Positions 32,310-41,521 of a stretch of DNA of 43,750 nt are shown here, in pieces. Below the pieces are notes generated by a model. That model had not been told where the DNA came from. It saw only the letters and a program-made list of their open reading frames with translations, and made no database searches. The stretch comes from a virus, in IMG/VR virus record IMGVR_UViG_3300033143_003067, one strand, 5' to 3'. The stretch's first letter is position 1; each line of letters begins with the position of its first letter. The translations under genes and the position numbers were made by a program.

Positions 32310-33866
32310 ATGGACGAAAAAATAATACTATTCAATAAAACAGCTAAAGACAAATTATTAAAAGGAATAAACAAAGTAGCAGACGCAGTAAAGATAACGC
32401 TGGGTGCTACTGGCAGGAATGTAGTAATAAAAGATGAAGTAGTCCCAGCTTTCTCCACGAATGACGGAGTATATATATCCCGTAAGATACACTTAAGAGA
32501 TGAAGTAGAAGAAGCTGGAGCTGATATTATAAAAGGAGTAGCAGAACATACTAACGAAGCAGTAGGAGATGGCACAACTACTTCAATCGTCTTGGCTCAA
32601 GCTCTTATTAACGAAGGATTAAAGTATAAGGTAAATCCCTTAAAGATAAGAGCTGGAATGAAAAAGGGATTAGAAGTTCTTATCAAAGAGATAGAAAAGT
32701 TAGCCAAGCCTATTAAAACAAAAGAAGAAATGAAGCAGATAGCCACTATATCTGCTGAAAACGAGGAGATAGGAGAGCTTATCGCTGATACTATCAAGGA
32801 AGTAGGGCAAGATGGTGTTATCAAGATAGAAGAGTCTAAGACATTTGGATTAGAGAAAGAAATAGTGGGAGGTATTCAGTTTAATAGTGGATATATATCT
32901 CCATATATGATAAATAAGTTTGATAAATTAGAAGCTGAATATGAAGATCCATTGTTCTTAATAACTGATAAAAAGATTTCTATGGCTAAGTCTGAATTGA
33001 TGCCCATATTAGAGAAAGTAGCCCAATCAGGTAAGAAAGAGCTGGTAGTCATAGCAGAAGATATAACTGATTCAGCTTTAGCTACCTTAGTAGTTAATAA
33101 AGAAAGAGGTTTGTTTAATGCTCTGGGGATAAAAGCACCCGATAAGGAAGTATTACAAGATTTAGCTCTTATTACTGGAGCAACGCTAATATCAGAGGAA
33201 ACAGGATTAAGATTAGAAAGTTTTGAGATGAAACATCTGGGTAAAGCTAAGAAAGTAATTTCCACTAAAGATAATACTACGATTATAGGGGGTAAGGGTA
33301 ATGTTAAAGATAAAATTAAGCAAATTAAGGCAGAAATAGAGAAATCTAAACAATCTGCTGATTTATTAGAAAGATTAGCTCGTCTTACAGGAGGAATAGC
33401 AGTTATTAGCGTAGGCGCTGCTACTGAAATAGAGAGAAAAGCCAAGCAACACAAGGTAGAAGATGCTCTGAATGCTACTAAAGCTGCTGTTGATGGAGGG
33501 ATTGTGGCAGGGGGGGGAGTTGTGTTGTTAAGATTAAGGAAAACAAAGATGTATGCTTATGATAAAGATGAAGAAACAGGAAGTAAGATATTAAAAAAGG
33601 CATTAGAAGCTCCTATTAAGCAGATGGCAGAAAACGCTGGATTAGAGGCAGATAAACTTATAGCAAGTATATTAGAAAAAGACGAAATAAATTACGGATA
33701 CAATTTTAATACTAATAAATACGAGGATTTAGTTGAGAATAAAGTAGTTGACCCAGCTAAGGTCCTAATATCTACATTAACCAATGCTGTTTCAGCTGCT
33801 GGTATATTTCTTACAACAGATTGTGTTATAGCAAAAAAAAGGTTGCCATTAAATAATGGCAGATAA
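32310..33866 (+). CDS. groEL: Chaperonin GroEL (518 aa, no C-terminal GGM tail)
   Basis: AVGDGTTTSIVLAQAL, VISVGAATEIERKAKQHKVEDALNATKAAVDGGIVAGGGVVLL and VVDPAKV are GroEL signatures. Confidence 0.92.
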   Translation: MDEKIILFNKTAKDKLLKGINKVADAVKITLGATGRNVVIKDEVVPAFSTNDGVYISRKIHLRDEVEEAGADIIKGVAEHTNEAVGDGTTTSIVLAQALINEGLKYKVNPLKIRAGMKKGLEVLIKEIEKLAKPIKTKEEMKQIATISAENEEIGELIADTIKEVGQDGVIKIEESKTFGLEKEIVGGIQFNSGYISPYMINKFDKLEAEYEDPLFLITDKKISMAKSELMPILEKVAQSGKKELVVIAEDITDSALATLVVNKERGLFNALGIKAPDKEVLQDLALITGATLISEETGLRLESFEMKHLGKAKKVISTKDNTTIIGGKGNVKDKIKQIKAEIEKSKQSADLLERLARLTGGIAVISVGAATEIERKAKQHKVEDALNATKAAVDGGIVAGGGVVLLRLRKTKMYAYDKDEETGSKILKKALEAPIKQMAENAGLEADKLIASILEKDEINYGYNFNTNKYEDLVENKVVDPAKVLISTLTNAVSAAGIFLTTDCVIAKKRLPLNNGR

Positions 33867-35829
33867 GCCCAAAAACCAATTAACATATAGTCCAAGCAAA
33901 GAAGACCAAAAAGACATTAAACTTGTTTTAGATGATTTGGTATTAGGAAGAAATGTCATCAACAAGGTATATAATTACTTTAATGGTCGTTCTTTGTATG
34001 AGGTAATAGACGATTGGACTAAACGCTGGAATGGATATATCCCAGCCAGAAGCGAGTTGTTAGAAGACTGGCAGTCTAGGATATTTCTTAACTATACTCG
34101 CAATCAAATCATATCTTATCTTGTTAAGACGGCTTTATCGTTGCCTAAGCCAAAGATAACAGCAGTAGATAAGAAGACTGGATTGACTAATAAGAAGCTG
34201 GCTCAAACTTTAACTGACTTAAACCAGTTCTCATCTAATGAGGAACAAGGAGATTCTCGTTTCTTTGAGAGTGCTTTAGAGAATACAATCAAGGGGACGG
34301 TTATAAAATACGAGGGATATGTTAAACAAGAACAGGAGTTTCCAGTTCCTATTTCTTTTGATGCTGAAACTGGGAATATAAAGACAAGAAAAGAAGTTAG
34401 AACCGTGTTTGATAACTGCTTTCAGGAAATAGTGCCAGTAGAAGACTTCTACATCTCTAATCCTTATCAGCCAGATGTTCAGAAACAGCCATTTGTTCAG
34501 TGGTTAAAGATAACTACTTACGAGGAAGCAGAAGTAGAGTTTAAAGATTATCCTAATTGGAAGTATGTAATAGCTGGAACATATAGTTTTGGCATAGAGC
34601 CACGCCCATTTTACAGGCAATCTATTCCCCACGATTTAACTCAAAATCAAGTTCAAATTGTAAGATATTATAATAAAAGCAAACAAAAGCACATCATTCT
34701 TGTTAATGGTGTTTTATTATACTCTGGCACAATTCCTTTTAAAGACGGCCAGTATCCTTTTGCTAAAGGAGTATTTGAGCCATTTGGCAATGATTTCTTC
34801 TGGGGAGCAGGTTTTCCACAGAAGATACAAGGCGATCAGGATTTAATCAATACTATCTGGAATATGATGGTAGATAAGACCTATGGTTCATTATTGCCAT
34901 TCGGACTTACTTCTGATGTAGATGACATTATAGAAGATACAAGATTAGAAGCCCATAAGATAAGAAAGGTTACTGATATTGATAAATGGAAGTGGGAAAC
35001 CTTGCCTGGAGTTAATTCAGGAGAGATGAATATGATAAATATGGCTTTAAAGTTTGTTCAAGATAACTCTGGTAATGTTCAGGGAGCTGGTCAGGCTCAA
35101 ACTCAAAGAGGTGGGAAGCTGGCAGTAAGACAGGTATTGCTTCAACAGCAAGAAACTATGGCTAAACTGGGATTTTCTATGAACTTCTTAGAAGATTTTG
35201 AAAGAGATAGAACAGAATTAAGAGTTAGTCATATCTTACAATTCTATTCTATTCCTAAGATAGAAAAGATTACTGGTAAAAAGGGACAAGAAGTAGAGGA
35301 TTTACTATATCGGGAAGTAAGATTGCCTAATACTAAGTTAGAAGATGGTAAGATGGGAACAAGGATTATCCAGCTTACTGGTAAGTTAGATGAGAATCAA
35401 AGATTGGCTAAACAAGAAGAATTATCAGTATTAGAAGAAATGGGTGAGTTAGAGGAAACTCCAACAGAGGCATTGGCTATTGATGTTAATACTTTTAATG
35501 ACTTTAATTGGACAATTCAGATTATAAAGAATAGTTCTTATGAGAAGAATGCTGTATTAGACCAAGCTTCACGAATGGAATATGCTAATTGGAGATTAAG
35601 TATTATGCAAGTATCTCCTATTGATGTAGAGAGGTTAATAGATTTTGTAAATGAGAGCTATGATATAGATACAGACCAATTTAAGCCACAGCAACAACCG
35701 GGAATGATGGGTATGATGCCGGGTATGCTACCACAGCAAGGACAGCAAGGACAGCAAGGACAACAAGGCCCAGCACAGCAATTAGCCCCTAAGGGATTAG
35801 GGACATTAAGTGAGTTAGTAGAAAAATGA
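33856..35829 (+). CDS. Portal protein (putative), with a Gln/Gly-rich C-terminal tail
   Basis: 657 aa. It is the first large gene after terL and the chaperonins and lies upstream of scaffold and capsid. It overlaps the groEL stop by 11 nt. Confidence 0.7.
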   Translation: MADKPKNQLTYSPSKEDQKDIKLVLDDLVLGRNVINKVYNYFNGRSLYEVIDDWTKRWNGYIPARSELLEDWQSRIFLNYTRNQIISYLVKTALSLPKPKITAVDKKTGLTNKKLAQTLTDLNQFSSNEEQGDSRFFESALENTIKGTVIKYEGYVKQEQEFPVPISFDAETGNIKTRKEVRTVFDNCFQEIVPVEDFYISNPYQPDVQKQPFVQWLKITTYEEAEVEFKDYPNWKYVIAGTYSFGIEPRPFYRQSIPHDLTQNQVQIVRYYNKSKQKHIILVNGVLLYSGTIPFKDGQYPFAKGVFEPFGNDFFWGAGFPQKIQGDQDLINTIWNMMVDKTYGSLLPFGLTSDVDDIIEDTRLEAHKIRKVTDIDKWKWETLPGVNSGEMNMINMALKFVQDNSGNVQGAGQAQTQRGGKLAVRQVLLQQQETMAKLGFSMNFLEDFERDRTELRVSHILQFYSIPKIEKITGKKGQEVEDLLYREVRLPNTKLEDGKMGTRIIQLTGKLDENQRLAKQEELSVLEEMGELEETPTEALAIDVNTFNDFNWTIQIIKNSSYEKNAVLDQASRMEYANWRLSIMQVSPIDVERLIDFVNESYDIDTDQFKPQQQPGMMGMMPGMLPQQGQQGQQGQQGPAQQLAPKGLGTLSELVEK

Positions 35830-36128
35830 CACAAAAACCAGACAAATTCGCAGAACTAATGAAAGAAGTTTTAGATTTAGAACCTTTGACTTTTTACAAA
35901 GAACCGACAAATAAAATGGATAATGAGCAGTGTCAGGCATTAGCAGAATGTTATGCTAAAAAAGGATTCAGATTATATATGGAAAACGCTATCAATTTAA
36001 TGATGAAAGAAGCAGTAATGAATAAGGGAGATGATTTTGCCAGAGGATTAAGAGCTGGAAGAATTACATCTTTAAAAGAATTTCTTTCTGTTTCGTATAA
36101 ATTGTTTAATAAATATCCTAAGAAATAA
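35826..36128 (+). CDS. Hypothetical head-module protein (100 aa)
   Basis: Track ORF, ATGA-coupled to the portal gene. Confidence 0.6.
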   Translation: MTQKPDKFAELMKEVLDLEPLTFYKEPTNKMDNEQCQALAECYAKKGFRLYMENAINLMMKEAVMNKGDDFARGLRAGRITSLKEFLSVSYKLFNKYPKK

Positions 36129-36244
36129 TGCCATATCGTAGCGCAAAACAAAGAGCTTGGATGCATATTCACGAACCAGAATTAGCTGAACGCTGGGATA
36201 AAAAATATGGTAAAATAAAGAAAAAAGGTCGCAAGAAGAAATAA
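36128..36244 (+). CDS. Small basic protein (38 aa, MPYRSAKQRAWMHIHEPELAERW...)
   Basis: Hand-translated, with a TAATG overlap with the upstream stop. Confidence 0.45.
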   Translation: MPYRSAKQRAWMHIHEPELAERWDKKYGKIKKKGRKKK

Positions 36245-36257
36245 TTTACATACTAAA

Positions 36258-36377
36258 ATGGCATATAAAAAAATAGATCCAGCCATAGATTTAAACTATA
36301 TTCCAGGCAAGAAAAAGAAGAAAAAATATAATAATAAAAAATACGAGAAAGCAAGAAAAGCACATTATAAAATGTAA
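36258..36377 (+). CDS. Small Lys-rich protein (39 aa)
   Basis: Hand-translated as MAYKKIDPAIDLNYIPGKKKKKKYNNKKYEKARKAHYKM. Confidence 0.35.
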   Translation: MAYKKIDPAIDLNYIPGKKKKKKYNNKKYEKARKAHYKM

Positions 36378-36461
36378 TCGCTTGAGGATAGCGCTAACAT
36401 CCTCTCTAATTATTAATATAATCGTGGGTAAGCTCCACGCAAAACCACAGCTTATAAAGTT

Positions 36462-37280
36462 ATGACTAAAGAATTAGACGAAATACTCGGTGAAGAGGAG
36501 AACGAAACTCCCCCAACGCCGCCAGAGGAAACTCCAAAGGAGGAAACTCCAGCAGAGCCGCCTCAAGAGAAAAAAAATGAAGACGAAGTTCAAGAAGAAG
36601 ATATAAGACGAACTTTAGAAGCAAGAAAAGCTGCTGAAGAAGAATTGCGTAAGATACGCAAGATTAAAAAGACAGCTAAAAAAGTTGTTTCTGGAGAAGA
36701 GGAAGATGATGAAGATGATCTTCCTCCGATTGACTATAAAGATCCATCTGTAAAAGCTTGGGACAAGCATATTGATAATAAAGTATCGCCTGTTAACAAG
36801 GAAATGGAGATGGAGAAAGATGAAGTCAGAGGACTTGCTCTTAAAGACTTCTTAGCAGATAAACCTACTTTAACTAAAGATCCTGAAAAACTCAAAAGAG
36901 TTATGAAGAATTATCATTCTTTGGCTCAAGGTGAAATTACCGAGAGAAATAAAGAAATGGTAGTTAATTATTTAGAAAAAGCGTATGCTGCTGAAAGTCA
37001 TGAGGAACTTCGTGATAAGGCTCATCAAGAAAGAGTTAATAAGGCGAAAGCCGAAGGAGCTTTTTCAGATGTAGCTATTACAAAGGGTTTAACTGGTTAT
37101 CCTTCTTCTAATCCTGAACAAATGCCTCAATTTAGTGATGAGGAACGAGATATCATCAAGAAAATGGGTTATGGCTCTCCTGAAGAATACTGGAAGATGA
37201 AACAAAAGTATCCTGGAGAAGTTGAAACCGATGATGAGAAAGTCAGGAAGTTAAAAGAAGAAAAAACAAGTGATAATTAA
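36462..37280 (+). CDS. Scaffolding protein (putative)
   Basis: 272 aa, highly acidic and helical (EEEL, KAAEEELRK), positioned between portal and capsid. Confidence 0.65.
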   Translation: MTKELDEILGEEENETPPTPPEETPKEETPAEPPQEKKNEDEVQEEDIRRTLEARKAAEEELRKIRKIKKTAKKVVSGEEEDDEDDLPPIDYKDPSVKAWDKHIDNKVSPVNKEMEMEKDEVRGLALKDFLADKPTLTKDPEKLKRVMKNYHSLAQGEITERNKEMVVNYLEKAYAAESHEELRDKAHQERVNKAKAEGAFSDVAITKGLTGYPSSNPEQMPQFSDEERDIIKKMGYGSPEEYWKMKQKYPGEVETDDEKVRKLKEEKTSDN

Positions 37281-37308
37281 CAATTAAATACACTTAAATA
37301 CACTATAT

Positions 37309-37839
37309 ATGGCAGAAACCATTCATGGTGCAAGATTGTGGAATACGCCTAGTGAAGCTGTAGTTAATCACGCTGCTCTCTTTATTGGAAGCAACTCTAC
37401 TGTTTATAGCAAAGGAGATGTTGTTGCCCAAGAAGGAGGTCAGTTAGTGCTTAAAGGAGCAACTTCAAGTCCAGGTATTGTAGGAGTAGTTTTAAGAACT
37501 CAAACAATGAGTGATACTAATATCACTGTTGCTAAAGTATATCCTAGATATATTGATGTAACCCAGAAAGAATTATCTTTCTTAATGGGATGTAATACTG
37601 ATATGACAGCTATTTCATCTGTAGGATTAACTTTTGCTATCCATTCTGATGGAACAACTGCTATTCAGCAAGTTGATACTTCTGTTGTTTTGGGTTCAGG
37701 ATTGACTGACGCAGAAGTAATTTGTTTAGAAGTTGATCCTCAAGCCGAAGGTGGTTCTGGTTCAGGAAGTGGATTAAGACAAGGAGTTTTCAGGTTTGTC
37801 AAATTATTTGGTAAAACATATAACTCTGTTCTAACATAA
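37309..37839 (+). CDS. Head protein of unknown role (decoration/cement candidate)
   Basis: 176 aa, directly upstream of the capsid gene with a 1-nt overlap (TAATG) with its start. Confidence 0.5.
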   Translation: MAETIHGARLWNTPSEAVVNHAALFIGSNSTVYSKGDVVAQEGGQLVLKGATSSPGIVGVVLRTQTMSDTNITVAKVYPRYIDVTQKELSFLMGCNTDMTAISSVGLTFAIHSDGTTAIQQVDTSVVLGSGLTDAEVICLEVDPQAEGGSGSGSGLRQGVFRFVKLFGKTYNSVLT

Positions 37840-38768
37840 TGGCAGATATTAACACTTTATTTGACCTTGCAGATCCTCGTGTTAGAGGAATCTGGGATGA
37901 GAAGAATACTCAATTATCCACACGATTAGAGTATGGACAGCTGGGAATGAGAGATACTACAGCTGAAATACTTGAACCAAAATACGAGAACTTCTCTGGA
38001 TTAGGATTAGCTCAACCAACTGGTGAGAAAGAGGCCTATGACCAAGAAGAATTGGCACAGGGATTTCAAGTAGAAATTTCTCCAACCAAGAAAACTAAGG
38101 CAATATCAATTACTGAAGAAATGCTTCGCTTTAACCTCTGGCCAAAAATTAACAACTTGGTTAGCGCTACTGCGAATGCAGTAAATGCCAGAATTGATAC
38201 TGATGCCGCCAAGATATTTTATCTTGGATTTGGGACAACCTTTTTCACAGGCGGAGATTCCGCAGCTTTAATTGCAGATAGCCACACAATGAAAGAAGCT
38301 GCTACTCAAGATAACGATTTAGACACTGTTGCTCTATCTTATGATAATCTTAAAATAGCTTGTCAGAGGATGGATAGATTCTATGACGACAAAGGTATTC
38401 AACTCATTCCTTGTAGACAATTTCGTTTAATTGTAGCAAGGGAGAAAAAGGAAAGAGCTGAAGAAATCCTGCGTTCTATTGGAAATCCTGACAGTGCTAA
38501 CAGAGTCAATAATGTCTTCAATAATGGAGCAGGATATATTGACTACCGAGTAGCTTCTTGGATACCATCTACTACTTATGGAAATTATTGGTTCGTGATA
38601 GATATGGAACGAGCCGATTATATGGCTAAGATGGTTTGGGGTTGGAAGCCTAAGTTTGATGACGATAAAGTTATCAACAACGGCACAAAAGTTTATACCG
38701 CCTCAACTATGTTTAGACCAGGTTTCCAAAGCTGGCAGTGGATGATAGGCTCAGCTGCAACTACCTAA
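37839..38768 (+). CDS. Major capsid protein (putative, HK97-fold size class)
   Basis: 309 aa. It follows the scaffold gene. Strong hairpins follow its stop. Confidence 0.7.
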   Translation: MADINTLFDLADPRVRGIWDEKNTQLSTRLEYGQLGMRDTTAEILEPKYENFSGLGLAQPTGEKEAYDQEELAQGFQVEISPTKKTKAISITEEMLRFNLWPKINNLVSATANAVNARIDTDAAKIFYLGFGTTFFTGGDSAALIADSHTMKEAATQDNDLDTVALSYDNLKIACQRMDRFYDDKGIQLIPCRQFRLIVAREKKERAEEILRSIGNPDSANRVNNVFNNGAGYIDYRVASWIPSTTYGNYWFVIDMERADYMAKMVWGWKPKFDDDKVINNGTKVYTASTMFRPGFQSWQWMIGSAATT

Positions 38769-38903
38769 TTTGCACGGTTAAAATATATAAAAAAATGGTT
38801 CTTATCCCTTGTAGATAAGCGAGTTATCGGGTTCTCGTTAAAAAACCCGCCAACAAAGCAACTAACTTTACTGTCCAAGTTAGTTGATTAAGGAAACGAC
38901 AGT

Positions 38904-39191
38904 ATGAGAACTCTTTTAATCAAAAAAAACTCAACAAAAGCTGAAAGAATTGTAGGTGAAGAATTAAAAAGACGCCATATTCCTTTCAGACATAGAGTTT
39001 TAATTGATGGAAGAGAATATGACTTCTTAATTGGAAAACGCCTTATTGTAGAAATCGGAAACCATATTGTTAAGAAAGAGAAAAACATAGATATTCTCAA
39101 TAAGGGTTATAGTTTATTTGACTTTTCTAATGAAGAAGTGGTCGTCAATTTACAAATGATTATTAAAAAAATACAAAAATATGGCAACTGA
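38904..39191 (+). CDS. Vsr/DUF559-like small endonuclease (free-standing homing-endonuclease candidate)
   Basis: The pattern E..L...HIPF..Q..IDGREYDFL...LIVEI.G......D....L...G..L..F..EEV matches that of DUF559/Vsr-fold proteins. Confidence 0.5.
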   Translation: MRTLLIKKNSTKAERIVGEELKRRHIPFRHRVLIDGREYDFLIGKRLIVEIGNHIVKKEKNIDILNKGYSLFDFSNEEVVVNLQMIIKKIQKYGN

Positions 39192-39918
39192 TAAAACAAA
39201 TAAAACTACGGCTGTAAATGCTCTACAAATGGACGGAGAAACTCTTAGTGATGAATCTACTGTTACGGCTCTTCAAAAGGATAGTTCTGGTAATGTATTA
39301 TTAGCTTCAGGAACTTCTGTTCCCGGAGATACTACTGCCTTTACATACGCTAAAGGATGCCAGTTTATTCTTACAAACGCTGATACTTCTGTTAGTGCGA
39401 TGTATGAGAATGTTGGTTCAACTACTGCTCCTACATTTGTTCCTTCTGGAGGATATTCTGTTACCAGAACTGCTTTAACTACACAGAATATCTATGATTT
39501 ACACGCTTTTCCAACAGAGGTTATTCCTGCTCAAGGTGCTGGTTCTTTAATTATTGTAGAAGATTATACATTTAAAGCTGAATGCGGAACTATTCCATTT
39601 ACTGTTGGAAAAGATGTAGAACACCCACGACCATATTTAGCTTATGGAACTTCTACTCCAAGAGGTGGAGTAGCAATTACCAACGGTATTGAATCAGTTA
39701 TGACAGCAAAATCAGAAACCAGATATACTATTCAAAAAGGAACAAATGTCTGGGGGGACCAAACATTTGTATCAGCAGATGGACTTGAACCTGTAAGATA
39801 TTTAGCTAATGTATTAAATACTCCTGTTGTGATATGTTCTACTACTACTGGATATGATACTGCTGCTTCAAATGGAAGTGCTGTTGTTACGGTTAGATAT
39901 AGAGTTATTTATCCTTAG
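39181..39918 (+). CDS. Thr/Ser-rich virion protein (245 aa)
   Basis: Track ORF in the structural operon. Confidence 0.7.
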   Translation: MATDKTNKTTAVNALQMDGETLSDESTVTALQKDSSGNVLLASGTSVPGDTTAFTYAKGCQFILTNADTSVSAMYENVGSTTAPTFVPSGGYSVTRTALTTQNIYDLHAFPTEVIPAQGAGSLIIVEDYTFKAECGTIPFTVGKDVEHPRPYLAYGTSTPRGGVAITNGIESVMTAKSETRYTIQKGTNVWGDQTFVSADGLEPVRYLANVLNTPVVICSTTTGYDTAASNGSAVVTVRYRVIYP

Positions 39919-40007
39919 ATAATTAAATAAATGGTTGTAGGGGAGAGGACGGAATTAAGGTTTTGGGCAACCATTTTCCTTACTTGCGTCCTCGCCTCTG
40001 AAATATT

Positions 40008-40196
40008 ATGGAAAATAAAACTGAAATAGAACAACAACAAAAAGACAATAAAATTGCAGAAGAATTCTTAAGAGAATACGAAAAACTGGTTCATAGGTTT
40101 AAAAGACATTTTACTCCACTTGTAAATATGGCTATAGCAAAGCTTCCAGATCCTCCTCCACCACCACCAGAAACACCTAATCCACCAAAAAAATGA
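40008..40196 (+). CDS. Small protein with a poly-Pro tail (62 aa)
   Basis: Track ORF with the C-terminus LPDPPPPPPETPNPPKK. Confidence 0.55.
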   Translation: MENKTEIEQQQKDNKIAEEFLREYEKLVHRFKRHFTPLVNMAIAKLPDPPPPPPETPNPPKK

Positions 40197-41074
40197 GTCA
40201 ACAATATCCAGATTTTATCCAACTAATGAAAAATGCTCTTTTTAAAGAAAGACTTAGGTTATTCGTAATAAATGCTAGAAGAAAAAAACAACTGACCCCA
40301 GAACAATTAAAAGCAGAAGGAGAAGTAGTAGATTATCATACAGATTTTAAGTTTGATTTAAAGAAAGGAGCATTAAGCTATCTTGAAGGAAGATATATGC
40401 CAATGAGGATATATCCTAATCACGATTCAGTTATGATAGCCAGTGTGTTTAAAAAGGTAATTCCCTATTTATTCAAGATTCTTAACAAGACGAGTATATT
40501 CGGAAAAATAGGATTTGTTCTTTCAATAAAATGGTTTAGTAAATTATATGTTGAAATAGCTTATTTCGGATTAGAGGATTATTTCTTAGATGTTCAGTAT
40601 TATTCCCAACCAGTTAGAGAGATATATAGGTCATTAACAGGTGTAGTAAGTGATAAGTTAAGGGATATAATATGCTTCTACGCTGAATACGATATGGCTT
40701 ATAGATATAGGATGCAGGATATATTGGCAGAGTTAGATAAAGAATCTTTAAAAAATAATCCAGCTATTGAGTTAAAGAGATTGCTTGATATTTTATGCGA
40801 GAGAGAATCTTATCACGATAAGATGGAAGATTATGGAATGGCAAGAAAGTGGAATAGATTGTTTAAGTTTGTATCTTGGGCTATGTTATTTAACCCAAAG
40901 TTTAAAAAAACAATTGTAAATGTTTTATCAAATATCAATTTAGAAGAAGTAGCTTTTTCTGAAGAAGATATTTGTTGGACTAATTATTACGAAGATTATA
41001 ATTTTAGAGGAATGAATTATAAACAAAGAGAAGCGGATAATACAAGTCGCTTCAGTGAAAAGGTCGTAAGTTAA
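40193..41074 (+). CDS. Hypothetical protein (293 aa)
   Basis: Track ORF, ATGA-coupled. Confidence 0.7.
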   Translation: MSQQYPDFIQLMKNALFKERLRLFVINARRKKQLTPEQLKAEGEVVDYHTDFKFDLKKGALSYLEGRYMPMRIYPNHDSVMIASVFKKVIPYLFKILNKTSIFGKIGFVLSIKWFSKLYVEIAYFGLEDYFLDVQYYSQPVREIYRSLTGVVSDKLRDIICFYAEYDMAYRYRMQDILAELDKESLKNNPAIELKRLLDILCERESYHDKMEDYGMARKWNRLFKFVSWAMLFNPKFKKTIVNVLSNINLEEVAFSEEDICWTNYYEDYNFRGMNYKQREADNTSRFSEKVVS

Positions 41075-41091
41075 AATTAAAACAAAAAATT

Positions 41092-41520
41092 ATGAGTGCA
41101 CCATTTACTACAAAAGAAGTAATGCTAAATGCTCAAACAACTCCTGATGCTACAAATGATGGAGCAGACGGTTATGTTTTAACTTCATCCGGTTATCAAG
41201 TTGGAGATAGAAGTGAATTATCAATTCAAGTTATCTCTGTGGGAAGCACACCAACTTGTTATATTGATGTTTCTCAAGATGGAATTAATTGGACTCCATA
41301 TTTCAGAATAATTGATAATGCTACTGGAAGCCCTTTAACTGTTGGTTCTGTTCAAGTTCCAGCTATTGTAGGGATACATTCTGGAGCTATGTTGATGTTT
41401 CCAAGAGGAGATTTGTTTGATTATATAAGAATTAGATCTTTATTCTCAACCCCAATGAATGCTTCAACTGATGAAGATACTGCTCCTTATGTAACAGCAA
41501 CATTACACGCATTATACTAA
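41092..41520 (+). CDS. Virion protein of unknown function (142 aa)
   Basis: Track ORF. Confidence 0.65.
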   Translation: MSAPFTTKEVMLNAQTTPDATNDGADGYVLTSSGYQVGDRSELSIQVISVGSTPTCYIDVSQDGINWTPYFRIIDNATGSPLTVGSVQVPAIVGIHSGAMLMFPRGDLFDYIRIRSLFSTPMNASTDEDTAPYVTATLHALY

Positions 41521-41521
41521 T

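Noticed and set aside
32159-32338. 59-aa ORF bridging groES and groEL (MKNFETRLNDHKL...)
   Set aside because: It overlaps the groEL start by 29 nt in another frame and has no recognisable features. It is most likely chance in an AT-rich spacer.
32876-33454. 192-aa antisense ORF inside groEL. Similar antisense or shadow ORFs in the track: 2634..2864, 2991..3191, 4679..4960, 5890..6129, 6430..6612, 8085..8387, 9304..9495, 10622..10876, 11503..11892, 11926..12300, 15875..16066, 16484..16759, 18643..18921, 21203..21394, 21626..21886, 22581..22796, 23379..23576, 23940..24224, 24806..25033, 27079..27291, 27245..27439, 27977..28315, 31706..31939, 32249..32575, 32597..32824, 33692..33895, 35951..36172, 38888..39100 and 41940..42236.
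   Set aside because: Each lies wholly or mostly within a better-supported gene on the opposite strand. They have low-complexity hydrophobic or Ser/Leu/Phe-rich composition typical of AT-rich antisense frames, and they break the strand-block organisation.
38820-38849. Pseudoknot CGAG/CTCG with CGGGTT/AACCCG after the capsid gene
   Set aside because: The first helix is only 4 bp, which is too weak to claim. I kept only the simple hairpins.
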